This document shows positions 26,101-39,518 of a stretch of DNA of 64,000 nucleotides, one piece after another (position 1 is the first letter of the stretch; every line of letters begins with the position of its first letter). This stretch comes from Eledone cirrhosa (Eukaryota). The notes under the pieces are model-generated. The model saw only the letters and a program-made list of their open reading frames with translations. It was not told the origin of the DNA and ran no database searches. The translations under genes and the position numbers were made by a program. The DNA lies in the NCBI GenBank assembly GCA_964016885.1, contig OZ024751.1:31124001-31188000 (forward strand), read 5' to 3'.

Positions 26101-28354
26101 GTCAACAGGAACTGTGTGTGTTACACATTAAATACACATTCACATATCTCTGTGCATTAACATGTATTAACGGTGTCTGTGTGTGTTACACATTAAGCAA
26201 TATTTAGATATCCATCATTCCATCAGATTTTATTCAAATCTGACTCAAAAATATCTACTACATCTACATTACAACAGTTTATCACAAAAAGAAACCCAAT
26301 TTAGAGCTTACATACTAACCATCTGACATCCTCCAATAAGTAAGAAACTATTTGCTTCAAATATAAATATAACAATATATTAGTGGACACACAATGAATC
26401 ACTGAACAGAGGAAAACTAACATATATACATATAGTTCTTAAATTATTTCTGTCTACAGTCTTTCAGACACCTAACAGATTTAAATTTGAAAAGTTTTAC
26501 CCCTAGCTAAGTTAAGAAGCAGTTTCACCCTTGTCTGATACCAGGTTTTATATTCACTGAGTGATTCATAATAATAATAAGAAGATGATGATCAATATTC
26601 AAAGTTTGAGTTAAACTGAAATTGAGGTCACGATAATAATAATTGATTTTATACTCACTATTTATCTCTTACTTTGTAAAAGATTTTGGTTAAGATGTTT
26701 CTTCAAACATTTTCTTTTACAACCTGGCACACATCTCTTACTGTTTTAGCTAAAATAGCACAGAGCCTTAAATAAAACACCCCAGAGCCACAGCTAAAAC
26801 ACCCCAGAGATACAGCTAAGACACCCCAGAGATACAGCTAAGACACCATACAGCCTTAGCTAAGACACCATACAGCCTTAGCTAAGACACCATACAGCCT
26901 TAGCTAAGACACCATACAGCCTTAGCTTGCCACACTACAAATGTAAAACCTTATACACAACATCAGTGATGTATCCTGGACTTACAAGGTGTTTCATGTC
27001 TTACCACAGCCAGATGACCTAACCAGGGTTGACCAAGCCTCAGTCTGTGTCGAAGAGACATATATACTACTGACCACACTGGTCACATCTCTTCAGCTAC
27101 AGCCATCTAGAATTTCAAAGCAAATTTCCAAGCCTACAGCTGCTAAAAGCAATCATTTGCCACTGATAAAATTTCTAACAACAGTTGGAAAAAAAAAAAA
27201 TCTCGTTTGTTGACTAACAAAATAAATAAACAAAAAAAAACAAAATAAAAATATCAAAGGAGGGCATTAACTTGCTCTAATGTTAATGAGAGTATAAATA
27301 TTTCTCTTAAAATGTTTTTACTTCTTCGCCAGGTGTTAAATGTTTGAACAAAGCTAAAAAGTAGGCTATTCAACAGGCGGTCATTATTTGAACAAGATTT
27401 ACTATAGAATCCCTGCCAAATTTAGCATATGTTACAGTGGGAGAAGTGTTTGATAGCATCTCAATCAAATAACAGACTAACATGAAGTATGCTGATAAAT
27501 TATTCACACATACAATAGTAGACAGAGCTTAGTTGCTATCACTACACATGATTAAAAGTAGTTACAGATATTTGGAACACTGTGTGGTATGGTATGATCT
27601 TGTAACTGCCGAGGGAGTCGTATGGGTGCCATAATGGCATACAGTGGTTCTTGGGGATTTTTTTAAAGCACGGTGGAGCTCATCTCTCCAGGTCCATCCA
27701 GAGATGGATAGAAAGTGAGAGAGAGGAAGTGAGAAAGAGATATAGAAGAAGAATCAACCCAGTACTTGACTGGTACTTTTATTTTTATCAACCTCTAAAG
27801 GATGAAAGGCAAAGTTGACCTGAGCAGGATTTGAACTCAGACAGCAGAGAGTCGAAATGAATACTGCAAAGCAGTATTCATTGGATAATATTGCCCAATA
27901 CTGCCTAAACACCATTGGATAATATTGCCTAATACTGCCTAAACACCATTGGATAATATTGCCTAATACTGCCTAAACACCATTGGATAATATTGCCTAA
28001 ACACCATTGGATAATAGTGAAATATATCTGTAGGAATATTGGGTATTGAAAACATCAAATTATGTTGGAGTGTTTACAGATAAATAGGAACACTTCCTAA
28101 GAAACAGCTTTATATTGTAGAACCAGGGATGATTTGGTATTAAAAATCTTAAACTAAAAGCAATGGTGATATCAAACTGTACCAATCGTATCAGCATTTT
28201 AACATTGCTTTTTCATTTGATTAAAAAGAACTTAATATTTATGACATCTTAAAAGATACTTAACTATTAAAAAGATCAGAAACAGACAGACTTTTATATA
28301 TTGAATAAGAATAACTACTGCAACAATACTTAAAGACAATTTACTGACCTATCT

Positions 28355-28925
28355 TGCTGGTGCCTTGACAAAAAAAACCACCCAGTCCACCCTGGAAGGT
28401 GGTTGTGCTGGTGCCATGACAAAAAAAGCACCCAGTCCACCCAATAAGGTGGTCATGCTGATGCCACGATAAAAAGGGACCCAGTCCACCCTGTTAAGTG
28501 ACCATGCTGGTGCCATAATAAAAAAGCACCCAGTCCACCCTGTTAGGTGACCATGCTGGTGCCACAATAAAAAGGGACCCAGTCCACCCTGTTAGGTGAC
28601 CATGCTGGTGCCATAATAAAAAGCACCCAGTCCACCTTGTAAGGTGATCATGCTGGTGCCACAATAAAAAGGCACCTACTGCACTTTGTGAGGTGGTCAT
28701 GCTGGTGCCAGGACAAAAACACCCAGTCCACCCAGGTACCATGACGGAAATATCCCAGTACATGCTGAAATGTGGTAGGAATTAAGAAGGGCATCCAACT
28801 GTAGAAAACCAAGCCCAAAACAGAGCATATGAGCAAGATATGGTCACCTGATTTTTCTGGCCACATAACATGACAACCCATCTAACCCATGCTAACATGG
28901 TAAAGAGATATCAAACAGTGATGAT
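28355..28925 (+). mobile_element. SINE-like retroposon with an internal ~50-bp tandem expansion
   Basis: About 8 copies of CATGCTGGTGCCA..A.AAAAAGCACCCAGTCCACCCTGT, followed by GAAGGGCATCCAACTGTAGAAAACC and an AACCCATGCTAACATGG...GATGAT tail. Confidence 0.7.
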
Positions 28926-30639
28926 AGTGGAGGTGGTGGTGATAATGATGGTAGTAGTGATGATGGTGATGGTGATTGGCAGCTGATTAGATTAACTAAT
29001 TATTGGTTTGATTTTCATTGACTATTTACAACAGCTAAAAATGGTTAACAGATTTCCAATAAGAAGTAAAATCTATAAATATAACAACTTGTGATAGAAG
29101 TGAAAACATAAAATCATTGGGTATTTTCTCTGGAGGAAATTTGAATAATAGATGAATCATGTCCTATATAACTAACCAAACACTTTTCTACATGAAAGCA
29201 TTTTTAAACATTTAACCCTTTAGCATTTAAACCAGCCATATCCAATCAGAATCATCTCACTTCTTCCTGTTCAAATCAGCAGTAACCAGATGTTCATATT
29301 TATATTAAGGTATTGTTCTCAAAATCTCACAGATTTGATATTATGTAAGATAATTATGTGAGGTAAAGCCTTTACCATGAAAATATAATAGTAAATATAG
29401 AGTTAAATTTATCTTGTTTTGCCATCCACAAAATTGCGTTTTTACTGAAAATTTTCTTGCAGGCATTAGAATGTTTTCAGTAAACATCATCTGGGTATCA
29501 GATATCAAGTTATGACTGACATAAGTAGTTCATTTGGAAAGACTTATACATTGTAACTATACAATCAGGAGCGAGGACAAAAATAATTGCGTGGGTGATT
29601 AGATCTCCAGTGAAGTAAGGTAAAAAGAAACCAGGTAATAGAATAAAGAAAAGTTTCCTCAACTGGTTAAACAAGTGTTTTGTGGAAAACAACAACAATA
29701 ACATCAACAACAGTGAAATAATACTAAAACAAACTTAGCACTTAATATGAACTTATAAACTCATTTTGTGTACATGTGTGTATGTGTTTGTATGTGTAGG
29801 GGTGAGTACGTGTGTGTGGGTGTAGCAGTATGCAAAAGAGAAAATATTTAGACAAGAAAATAGAATTTTAAAAAAAAGCAACTATAATTTTACCAACAAT
29901 ATGAGATTGCAGAAAAGCTGAGATGAAAAGCATGCGTCTTTATGTTTAGCAATAAACTTACTGATTCTATTTACTTTCAATAATGATCAGATTGAACAGA
30001 AATATAGACATTAACTTTTAACGTCCTGTACCACACGAGACCACATTAGCAATACTTTCTTAACACCCTATACCACATGAGACCACATTAGCAAGACATT
30101 CTTAACATCCTGTACCACATTAACAAGACATTTTTAACATCTTGTACTACATGAAATCAAAGTAGCAAGACATCCTTAAAAAGTACAAAGCAGCACTGTA
30201 ACTGATTCATATTAAAAATTAAAGTTTTAACTCGAATACTGTGAATTTTCACAACAATCTGTCCACTAGGAAAGCTACTATAAACATTGAATTAAATCCA
30301 TTTTTACATATTTCTCTGCTAAATCATTACAGATTGTTAAGAGTTAATGTCCTACACTGCATGAAACTGCAATAAATCATTACAGGATGTTAAGAGATAA
30401 TACTTCAAATGTTGACAATGATTTATCCACTAGTAAAGATACTATAATTATAAAAACACGTTTGTTAATTCAAATGTTTAGATATTTTCTGCTAAATCAT
30501 TACAGGAAATTAGGAGATAATACTGTATATTTTCACTACAATTTGTCCATTAGTAAAGCTACTATAAACATTTGAATTAACAAATCCATTTCAACATATT
30601 TTCTGCTAAATCATTACACGATGTTAAGAAATAAATAGT

Positions 30640-31190
30640 CAAATGTCCACTAGGAAGATTTGAATCAAGAATTTGCTTAAAGAAATAAAAAGTGGCATGG
30701 CGGAGGAAACCTGTCTTGTCAGATGAAAAGATTTTCACTGTTGAGTAGACACACAACCGAAGAAATGATCGAGTCATTGGAAAAAAAAGCATCAGCAATC
30801 AGTTTTGACCAATCATTTCTATTCCATACAATGAAACCGGCTTCTGTTATGGTCTGAGGGCTGTTTCATCATCTTGGAAGTCCCCTTTCATTTTTGTGGA
30901 AGAAAGGACAAAAATCAGCTCCCAATCTTACATAAACAGTATTCTGGAGCCTATGCTTGCTTCTGCAACTAATCATTTTGGCAATGACTATCTGTGGACC
31001 TTCCAACAGAAAGGGTTCACCTCCCCTACAGGTGCAGAAAGCATCTTCTGAAGTTCTAGTCAAAAGAAATGTGGCCTCCTTGCTCACCTGATTTGAACCC
31101 TATGGACTTTTCAGTATGGTCTATCCTTGAAGAAAAAGTCTGAGAGAGAGCAATATAACTATAGTTACTGTGTTAAAAATGCATTCACCT
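30640..31190 (+). pseudogene. Decayed Tc1/mariner-superfamily transposase (DD37D/maT-like) catalytic region
   Basis: Across frameshifts and stops it reads SDEKIFTVE*THNRRNDRVI, KPASVMV*G, KSPFIFVE..TKISSQSYINSILEP, LWTFQQ, and KEMWPPCSPDLNPMDFSVWSILEEKV. Confidence 0.85.
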
Positions 31191-31253
31191 GAAAACACAT
31201 TCTTTAACAATGCCAATATGTAAATTTGCACAACAATCTCACCCATGTTAACA

Positions 31254-31470
31254 TTAACCCTTTCGCATTTAAACTGGCCATATCCAGCCAGAATTCTCTC
31301 ACCTCTTTCTACTCAAACTGGCTGTTCATACTTACGTTAAGGTATTGTTCTCAAAATAAAAAATATCAAAATCTCAGATTTGATATTATGTGAGATAATT
31401 ATGTGAGATAAAGCCTTTTCTGTGAAAATATAATAGTAAAAATAGAGTAATGCAAATGCTAAAGGGTTAA
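31254..31470. mobile_element. piggyBac-like MITE
   Basis: TTAA-CCCTTTCGCATTT ... AAATGCTAAAGGG-TTAA. Confidence 0.8.
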
Positions 31471-32450
31471 ACAATACTAATACAAAAAAAGCTTGCCTTT
31501 GAATTCTGTGAAACTCTGTAGCCACAAGTATATATCTCAGTTACTGATTTGTTAAAATTATAATTACACTATTTAACAGAAAAAAACAACAAAAAAAACA
31601 AACAAAGCAGACATTTGTTTTGGGTTTTGGGGGGTTTTTTTCAGATACAAATAGAATTTGGTCTATATTAGGTGAACAGAATTTATTTTTAATTATCAAG
31701 AAAGATCCAATATGGTTAAAATTATTTCTTTATAGAATCCTGTAGCTGTGCTTTGACAATTGTATAGTTTTATAAATAGGAATGTTGATTGAAGTTGAAA
31801 CAGCTAATTAGAGGAAGAAAATAGTTTAACTGTTCATTGAATAAATAATCCCATTTAGAAATAATTCCATACCATTCTGTTGGTAGGAAAATGGTAATCA
31901 CTGAAGTTGAAATAGTATAACATAATTAGTTTGTACTAACAATAGTAATATGGTTGTATTGTGGCTGGTATGGTGTGATGTTATGTGGTGTGGTGGTATG
32001 GTGATGTAATGTAATATGGTGTGGTGGTGTGATGGTATGGTGTGGTGTGGTATAGTATGATATATTGCAGGTGATGATATGATGGAGTGGAGTGTGGCTT
32101 ACAGAAAGTGAAAGAAAAAGAGAACAATAGAAAGAAAGAAAGCAAACATGATGGAGAGAGAGAGAGAGAGAGAGAGAGCAGGTCGTTGATAAGATGAGAG
32201 AATGTGTGACAAAAGAATTTTGACAAATTATGACAAACAAATAAACTGGTTGCTAAACTAACCGAGGAATGGATTAGTTACCTAATTAATAATTATTATT
32301 TAATAATAATTAAGTGAAATGAAACTCAACTGGTGTAGGTTTTTGTCAACATGACCACATCCCAAGTTAATATATACTTAATTCATGGAAACCGGAGTGA
32401 TTTCTAGTGGTTGACTGAGGAGATGAGACTATCTGCTGTCTGTTGTTTTT

Positions 32451-32487
32451 CTACTGTGTAATGGAGGAGGCACTTTTAAACTCGTCC

Positions 32488-32531
<44 letters not shown>

Positions 32532-32585
32532 ATATATATATATATGAAGGTCCAGTTTAAAAGTGCCTCCTCCAATATACAGTGG
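32451..32585. repeat. Inverted repeat (~40-bp arms) enclosing a (TA)n/(CA)n tract
   Basis: TGGAGGAGGCACTTTTAAACTCGTCCTTCATATA versus TATATGAAGGTCCAGTTTAAAAGTGCCTCCTCCA. Confidence 0.9.
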
Positions 32586-34304
32586 TGACCATAACTGGAT
32601 CCTGAAACCAATACTAGCACATACATGTTAAGTGTATGAAACTTTGTTTATACATAATATCCAAATCTCAGATTCGATATTATGTGAGATGTGTAGATAA
32701 AAAGCCTTTACTATGAGAATACAATAGTAAATATACAGTAATCATCATCATCATTGTTTAACGTCTATCTTCCACACTAGCATGGGTTCAACTGGTTTGT
32801 CCCATTTAGAGGCAAGTTGGGTCTTTCTAGCTGGTTTTCTATGGCTGGATGCCCTTCCTAATGCCAACCACATTTACAGTGTGATATATATATAAACCTT
32901 CTCTAATTATTGATGACTTAATGTTAAAAATAGTGAATTTCTGATCACAAGTATTACAAAATCAAACCCACCAAAATCAAACTGCAATAAAAGCAGACAA
33001 GTAGCAACTTCAATCTTAAATAGTAGAGTTAGAAAGGAAGGATGGACACACCAATAAAAATATTCAAAACAGCTTAGATATTAGGTACTATATGTGAAGA
33101 TATTCAAACAGCTTACTAGTTAATACTGACTGTATGTATGTCTAGTGAGAAGGTTTAGCAGAAGCCACCCATAGAGCTAGGAAGAACACACACACACCAG
33201 TGAAGACATTCAAAACAACTTAGATATTAGGTATTGTGGCTAGTGGGAGGGGTTAACTTAGCAGAGGTCATGCATAGAGCTAGAAAAGACAAACACACCA
33301 ATGAAAACATTCAAAATAGCATAGATATTAGATACTAGTTAATACTGACTGTATGTCTTGTGTCTAGTGGGAGATCAACTCAGCAGAACACCCACATATA
33401 CAGCAATGTAATCTAATATCTGTCCATTACACAATACTACAAAAGCTGAAGATTGTTTAGCCCTAGGTCAGTACTCATCCGGTTGACCTATCATCAAAGT
33501 TATTCTAGTTGAAAACATTTTTTTTCTTTAATCAGGCATTGTGTAATGAGGACTACATTCTTGAATTCGTCCCACCCACTTTAAGACAGTGTGCTTTAAA
33601 GGCGATTTAGAATTAACCCCTAGTATACAAAAAACCCTTGTTCAGTGGTTACAATCAGTCAATATGTTACTAGTTGAGCTGAGTTTTTTTATACTCAGTG
33701 TGCTCCAGTTGATTCAACTGCCTGCTTGTGAAATTAAGTGCCTGAGCATTCCAAAGACATGTACACCTTAAACATAGTCCCCAGAGAGATTCAGAATGAT
33801 AAGTCTGGCCCCATGAATTACAAGTAAAATTCGTTTTTGCCAGCTGAGTGGACTGAAGCAACGTAGAAAGAAACAACATGCCACTGCCCAGTCCTAGGAA
33901 TCGAACTCATGGCTTTACCCTAACAACTACACCACCGCGTCCTAACAACTACACCACCACGCCACACAGCTAACAATTTCCAGCTCAACAGCTAAGAACC
34001 ATTTAAAACAGTCTGCTACAACAATTTATTTAAGTATTCATATTTGTAGCATAAATGGTGAATTGGTAGAGTTGTTAGAATGGTTAGAACGCTTTGTTGT
34101 ATTTAACTCTCTGTACTCTGAGTTCAAAACCTGCAGAGATCAACTTTGAGGTCAATAAAAACACCACACACACACTCGCTCTCTCTCTCTAGAAGTAGAA
34201 GAAATCTGCTGTGTTCAGACGTGGAGAGGAGATGGGCTCAAACTGGTTTAAAGTGTTCAAGACACCGTATGTCAGACAACACGTCACCAGGGAATCGAAC
34301 TCAC

Positions 34305-34420
34305 CCTACACGATAATACCAAAAATTTTGAGTTTAGTATTGTCAGATCTTTTCCTAAATATCTTATGGATGCTGTCTACACTTTCTAAACTCTTCCGTT
34401 GTTTTAGTCCACTGGACTGG
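34305..34420 (-). other. Candidate non-coding first exon in a CpG-retaining region
   Basis: Strong donor AGG|GTGAGT at 34304 and a CGGAAG motif upstream. No ORF. The 5' boundary is approximate. Confidence 0.3.
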
Positions 34421-34510
34421 CAAAAATTAGTTGTAGCTGCTGGAAATTCAAAGGATTGGCCTTGTCACACACCGCGTCACGCTGGATCTCCCCCCCCCCC
34501 CCGAACTAAC

Positions 34511-34653
34511 TACGAGAGTGGGCTGAAAAGTTTATAGGCAGACTAAGGAGTGATGCTAGAGCTGTGAAATCGTCATGCTTTAATTTCAACTGTTCTTAAT
34601 AATAACTGCATTGTTTCTTCCAGGGCCTATAAACTTTTCAGCCGATCCTCGTA
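34511..34653. mobile_element. mariner-derived MITE (internally deleted)
   Basis: TACGAGAGTGGGCTGAAAAGTTTATAGGC / GCCTATAAACTTTTCAGCCGATCCTCGTA. Confidence 0.8.
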
Positions 34654-35497
34654 TAGTAAAGAGTACACGAGTCTTTGTACTGCTCAACCACTTTCACCTT
34701 GTACGTTAATTACAAAGAACAGGCTGATCCGCTGTTCGAACAACTTGGACACTCTTCGTCGAAGCCGACGGAGGTCCTAAAAATATATTCGCCTAAAACA
34801 TACACAAAAAATTAACAGGTATGGGTGTGCTGGGTGGGGTAGAAGTAATAGAAAAAGTAAAATGTGGGAGGAAGGGTATAATAGAACGAGTCCAAAGGTT
34901 TTTAGTGCTAAAAAGCCTTTTGAATAAAAAATATACAGTTTGAATATATTGTAAACATGAACTGTGTTTTTGTTAGTTTCATACTGTTTTTTTTTTTTTC
35001 CATAAAAAAAAATAATTTAAAATGCTTCATTGAAAAAAGTCTTCGTTCTCAATGGGAAACCCTGACCATGACATTGTGTCTAATTAAGTATATATTGAAT
35101 TAGACACCCCACAAGTAAACATAAATATACACATAATTAGAGACATTTTATATAGACGTATACAGACACACACAAACTCGCGTATGCACATACACAAACC
35201 CGCATATACACTGACACACAAACTCACGTATACAAACATACACACATATAAACTTGAGTAAGAAGACACACAAACTCGAGTATAGAATCACACATATACA
35301 AACACACACAAACTCGCATACACGCACATATACAAACTCAAGTATACACAGACACACACGCGTGCAAATTTAAGTGTACACAAAAAACACGCACCTAAAT
35401 AAATATATATTTACACATACACACCCAAATATACAAATACAAGTCTATTACATACGCAAAAAAAACAAAAAAAAACTTTCGATATCAGGCATAAAAA

Positions 35498-35542
<45 letters not shown>

Positions 35543-35758
35543 AGGATATAAATGTATAGTTTAAAAAGTAGTATATATATATTTCATTCTACTAACCAAA
35601 CATTCCTGGGCGGAGTTTGAAGACCGAGGATATCGTTTCCAATGTCCCGGGAGGTTACCAAAACTTCGTTTTCTTATTAAATTCTTCATGTTTTTAGCAC
35701 AAGTTGTTGGACATTGGGTGGGCGGGTAAATGTATGTTTGTGTGTATATATGTATATA

Positions 35759-35789
<31 letters not shown>

Positions 35790-36609
35790 GCCGTCGGTCT
35801 AACACTCTCAGACCTCAGTGTGTCTCACTGTGAGGGAATTTAGGACCCACCCTGTCCAGACAACGGAAGAAGTGAACGAAACCGGAAAATAATTAATCAT
35901 ATTAATAATTACAAATAAGTACTTTGTTATTGTTGTTGTTGTCGTTTGATTTGTCTTTTTAAGCAGGGAAGTTAAATTGTTTCTTCCCCTAACAATGGTT
36001 ATATTTATAATTCTTCCTTATTTCCTGCCTGTCTGAATTTCTGGATTTGTTTTTTCTTTCCAGTGTGGTGGGGAAAATAAGGTGTTTCAGATATACACAA
36101 GTACAAATTCCAAATATAAAATGACGATGACATATATATCAATGTATGTGTATATTGAATGGGTATATATGTTATGTTCAGTGACGTGTGTTCGTGTGTG
36201 TATAAAGAGAGTTGTTTTATTTCTTTCTTACCTTCTCCCCACCCTACTACCACTAATTCGTGTTTTACTGAGATTTACTTCACTTCTCACACTCTTTCTT
36301 ACATGCTCTCTTTCTATAATACTTTCTTTTTCTTTCTTATATTCTCTCTTTCTCTAATACTTTATTTCTTACATTCTCTCTTTCTCTAATACTTTCTTCC
36401 CGATCTTCTTTCTTTCTCTTACTTTTTGAAACCTTTTTACTTCCTCTCTTTCTCTACACATTTTTTCTTTCTTTCTCATTTTCTCTTTCTTTTAAACCCT
36501 TTTTTGCTTGCTCTCTTTCTTTAATGCATTTTCTCACTTTCTCTAATACTTATCATTACTCTCTCTTTCACTAATACTTCCTATTACTCTCTCTCTCTAA
36601 TATTTCCTA

Positions 36610-36855
36610 TTAAATAATAATAATAATAATGAAATATTGTGTACAGTGCTCAGGTGCACTACAACTCATCAAAAAGTGTATATAGGATAATGTACAAACG
36701 TCAGGAAAATGAACAGTGCATGAGTCATGATATACACGTGTGCATGGAAGGGGTACATCAGGTGTAGTTTTGGCGTATTTCGGGAAGCATGAGTGTTTTA
36801 AAGGATGCAGTGTCTCGGCAGCTAACAACTGATGCAGGCAGTTTGTTCCATGTAC
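36610..36855 (-). mobile_element. CR1/L2-type LINE 3' end
   Basis: Encodes WNKLPASVVSCRDTASFKT (WNxLP..VV......FK ORF2 terminus), followed by the shared 3' UTR and (ATT)n tail. Confidence 0.8.
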
Positions 36856-37064
36856 TCTCTCTCTCTTTAATACTTCCCATTACTGTCTCTCTTACTAGTT
36901 CTCCCACACAAATGATCACACCTGACATATTTGCTATCACATAGAAACACTTATAGTTATATATTTCCTACTTTTCCACCCAACATATCCCCACACTCTT
37001 TATATTCACACATAGATTTCCTTATAAACCCCACCCTTTTCCTCGTTTTCTTTGTCATAATGAA

Positions 37065-37390
37065 GATGCGTGTTGCATAGTGGTTAGGGAGTTTGACTCA
37101 CGATCGTTAGATTACGAGTTCGATTCCTGGCGGTGTGTGTTGTGTCCTTGAGCAAGACACTTTATTTCATATTGCTCCAGTCTGTTCGGCTGACAAAAAA
37201 AAAAAAGTTGTACCAGTAATTCAAAGATCCAACCTTGCCACACATTCTGTGTCACGCTGAATCTTCCTAAGAACTACGTTAAGTGTACAAAGTGTCTGTG
37301 GAATACTCAGCCACTTGAACGTTAATTTCCCGAGCCGGTTGTTCTGTTCAATCAACTGGAACACTCGTCGTTAGAAGTGACAAAAGTCCA
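37065..37390 (+). mobile_element. tRNA-derived CORE-type SINE
   Basis: A/B boxes, then TGTGTCCTTGAGCAAGACACTTTATTTCA, then a tail shared with ~18790-18930 (-) and ~33690-33900 (-). Confidence 0.75.
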
Positions 37391-38633
37391 ATAATCATTT
37401 GTCACCAGGTATACATTGTTTTCTTAGTTGACATAACTATACTTTCCTGTCCCACTCTACCTAACTTTAAGTGTAAAGTCTGTGTTGAGCCGAGAGTCTC
37501 ATCAGGCCAGTGTATTGAGAGTACAAGACTCCTCTGGACAGGATTCCAGTCCATCACATGGTTAAACCTCCTAGCTACTGCTGATACTCAGCTGAGTATA
37601 TTGGAGCAATGTGAAATGAAGTGTTTTGCTCAAGAACACAACACTCAGACCTAGTCCACAAATCAAACCCACAACATTATGATTGTAAGTTCACCACCTT
37701 TACTACTAGGCCACACATCTCCATTACTTCACTTGGGTTCCTCATAACTTTCTTTATGATAAATATTGCTTTATGAAATGTTGCAGAGATACATTTTCCA
37801 AGGTGTAGACTACAATTATGGTAATGCAAGTAAAATATCATCATCATCATTGTTTAATGTTGATTTTTCCATGTTTGCATGGGTTAGATGGGTTGTCACA
37901 TTTTGAGGTTAGCCCAAGTCAGATGAACATGTCCTGCTCATATGATCCAGTATTTTTTTAGGCTAGATGTCCTGCCTAATCCTGACCACCTTACAAGGCT
38001 GACAGGGTTTTTTTTTGTTGTGGCACCAGCACAACCACCAAAGGTAAACTAATATATAACTCAATTTGTTTGTGTAATCCACACTATGAGTCACTCACCT
38101 GTGATGTAGTCCATTCTATGAGTACCTCACCTATGGAGCAGTCCACTCTATGAGTTACTTCACCTGTGGTATAGTCCATTCTACAAGTCACCTCACCTGT
38201 GGAACAGTTCATTTTATGAATCACCTGCCGAGTAGTCCACACTATGAGTCACCTCACCAGTGGAACAGACCATTCTATGAATCACCTCACCCATGGACCA
38301 GTCCATTCTATGAGTCACCGGTGTGTTCACCAATTATTAGGTAACTATTACTGTTTAGGTACTTGGAGAAATATTGCAGAGAATGTGGAAATATTTGATA
38401 GAGACATGAAATAATAATGATTTCTAATTTAAGCACAAGGCCAGCAATTTTAGTGGGGAGGTTTGGGGGGGGGGGATAAGTTAATTACAATGTCCCCACA
38501 CCAGTATATGACTGGTACTTTATTTTATTGACCATAGAAGAATGAAAGGCAATGCTGACACCTACCAATATACCACCCTGGGATTTGAACTCAGAACCTG
38601 AAGTGACAATAAACAAAATAAAGACCGATTTAC

Positions 38634-38711
38634 CTTGGATTCTGGGTTGTTCACAGTTTTGGGACCTTCATTAGTTTTCACTGCTTTCTCTTCCATCTTG
38701 GTTCCTGTTGG
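38634..38711 (-). CDS. Candidate 78-nt exon (PTGTKMEEKAVKTNEGPKTVNNPESK), unknown product
   Basis: Acceptor TTTTGTTTTTTATCAG and donor AAG|GTAAAT. Only frame 0 is open. The internal ATG is in good context (ACCAAGATGG) and could be a start. Confidence 0.65.
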
Positions 38712-39463
38712 CTGATAAAAAACAAAACAAAACTTGCAGCAGCAGTAGTAGCGGTGGTGGTGGTAGTAGCAGCAGCAGTAGTAGTAGTAGTTATCAGTAA
38801 GCTATAGATGATTCTTGGTCAACAGTATTTTTTTCACTCAAGGTATTAACATTTGTTGCGTAAGTTGTAGAAATAAATTTGTTAAAACCTTACAAGATAA
38901 AATAGATACAAGATGAATTGATAGATAGAGGAAATAAGGGTTTCTAATTTAGGCACAAGTCCACCAATTTGTGTGTGTGTGGGGGGGGGGGGGGGGTCAA
39001 TCTATCAAACTCAGTATGTTACTGGTACTTTATTTTATCAACCTCAGGAATGATGAAAGCTCAAAACTTAAAGGGTTATATAATAATTAGATACCACAAA
39101 GTATTTTTATCCAATGCTCCACCAATTCTACCAACCCACTGACCTCAATCGGATTTGAAATCAGAACAATTATATGCATATTATATATCATCATCATCAT
39201 ATGTATATATATATATATAGTGTATGTGATTCAATGATATATATATACATAAATATATATATGTATATATATATATTTTAGGTTATGCAAGAAATGCTTA
39301 GGGTTATCCTGAATGCAGTAATGGTTAATTACTACACTAGATAGAGTTGACATACGGTGAGGGGTTGCACATAGCATGACTAGGCTGTATAACTACTGTT
39401 GAAACATTTATAAGCACTCGGAATAAATTATCTTTTTATGATGTCTACCTGTTATTATTCATT

Positions 39464-39518
<55 letters not shown>

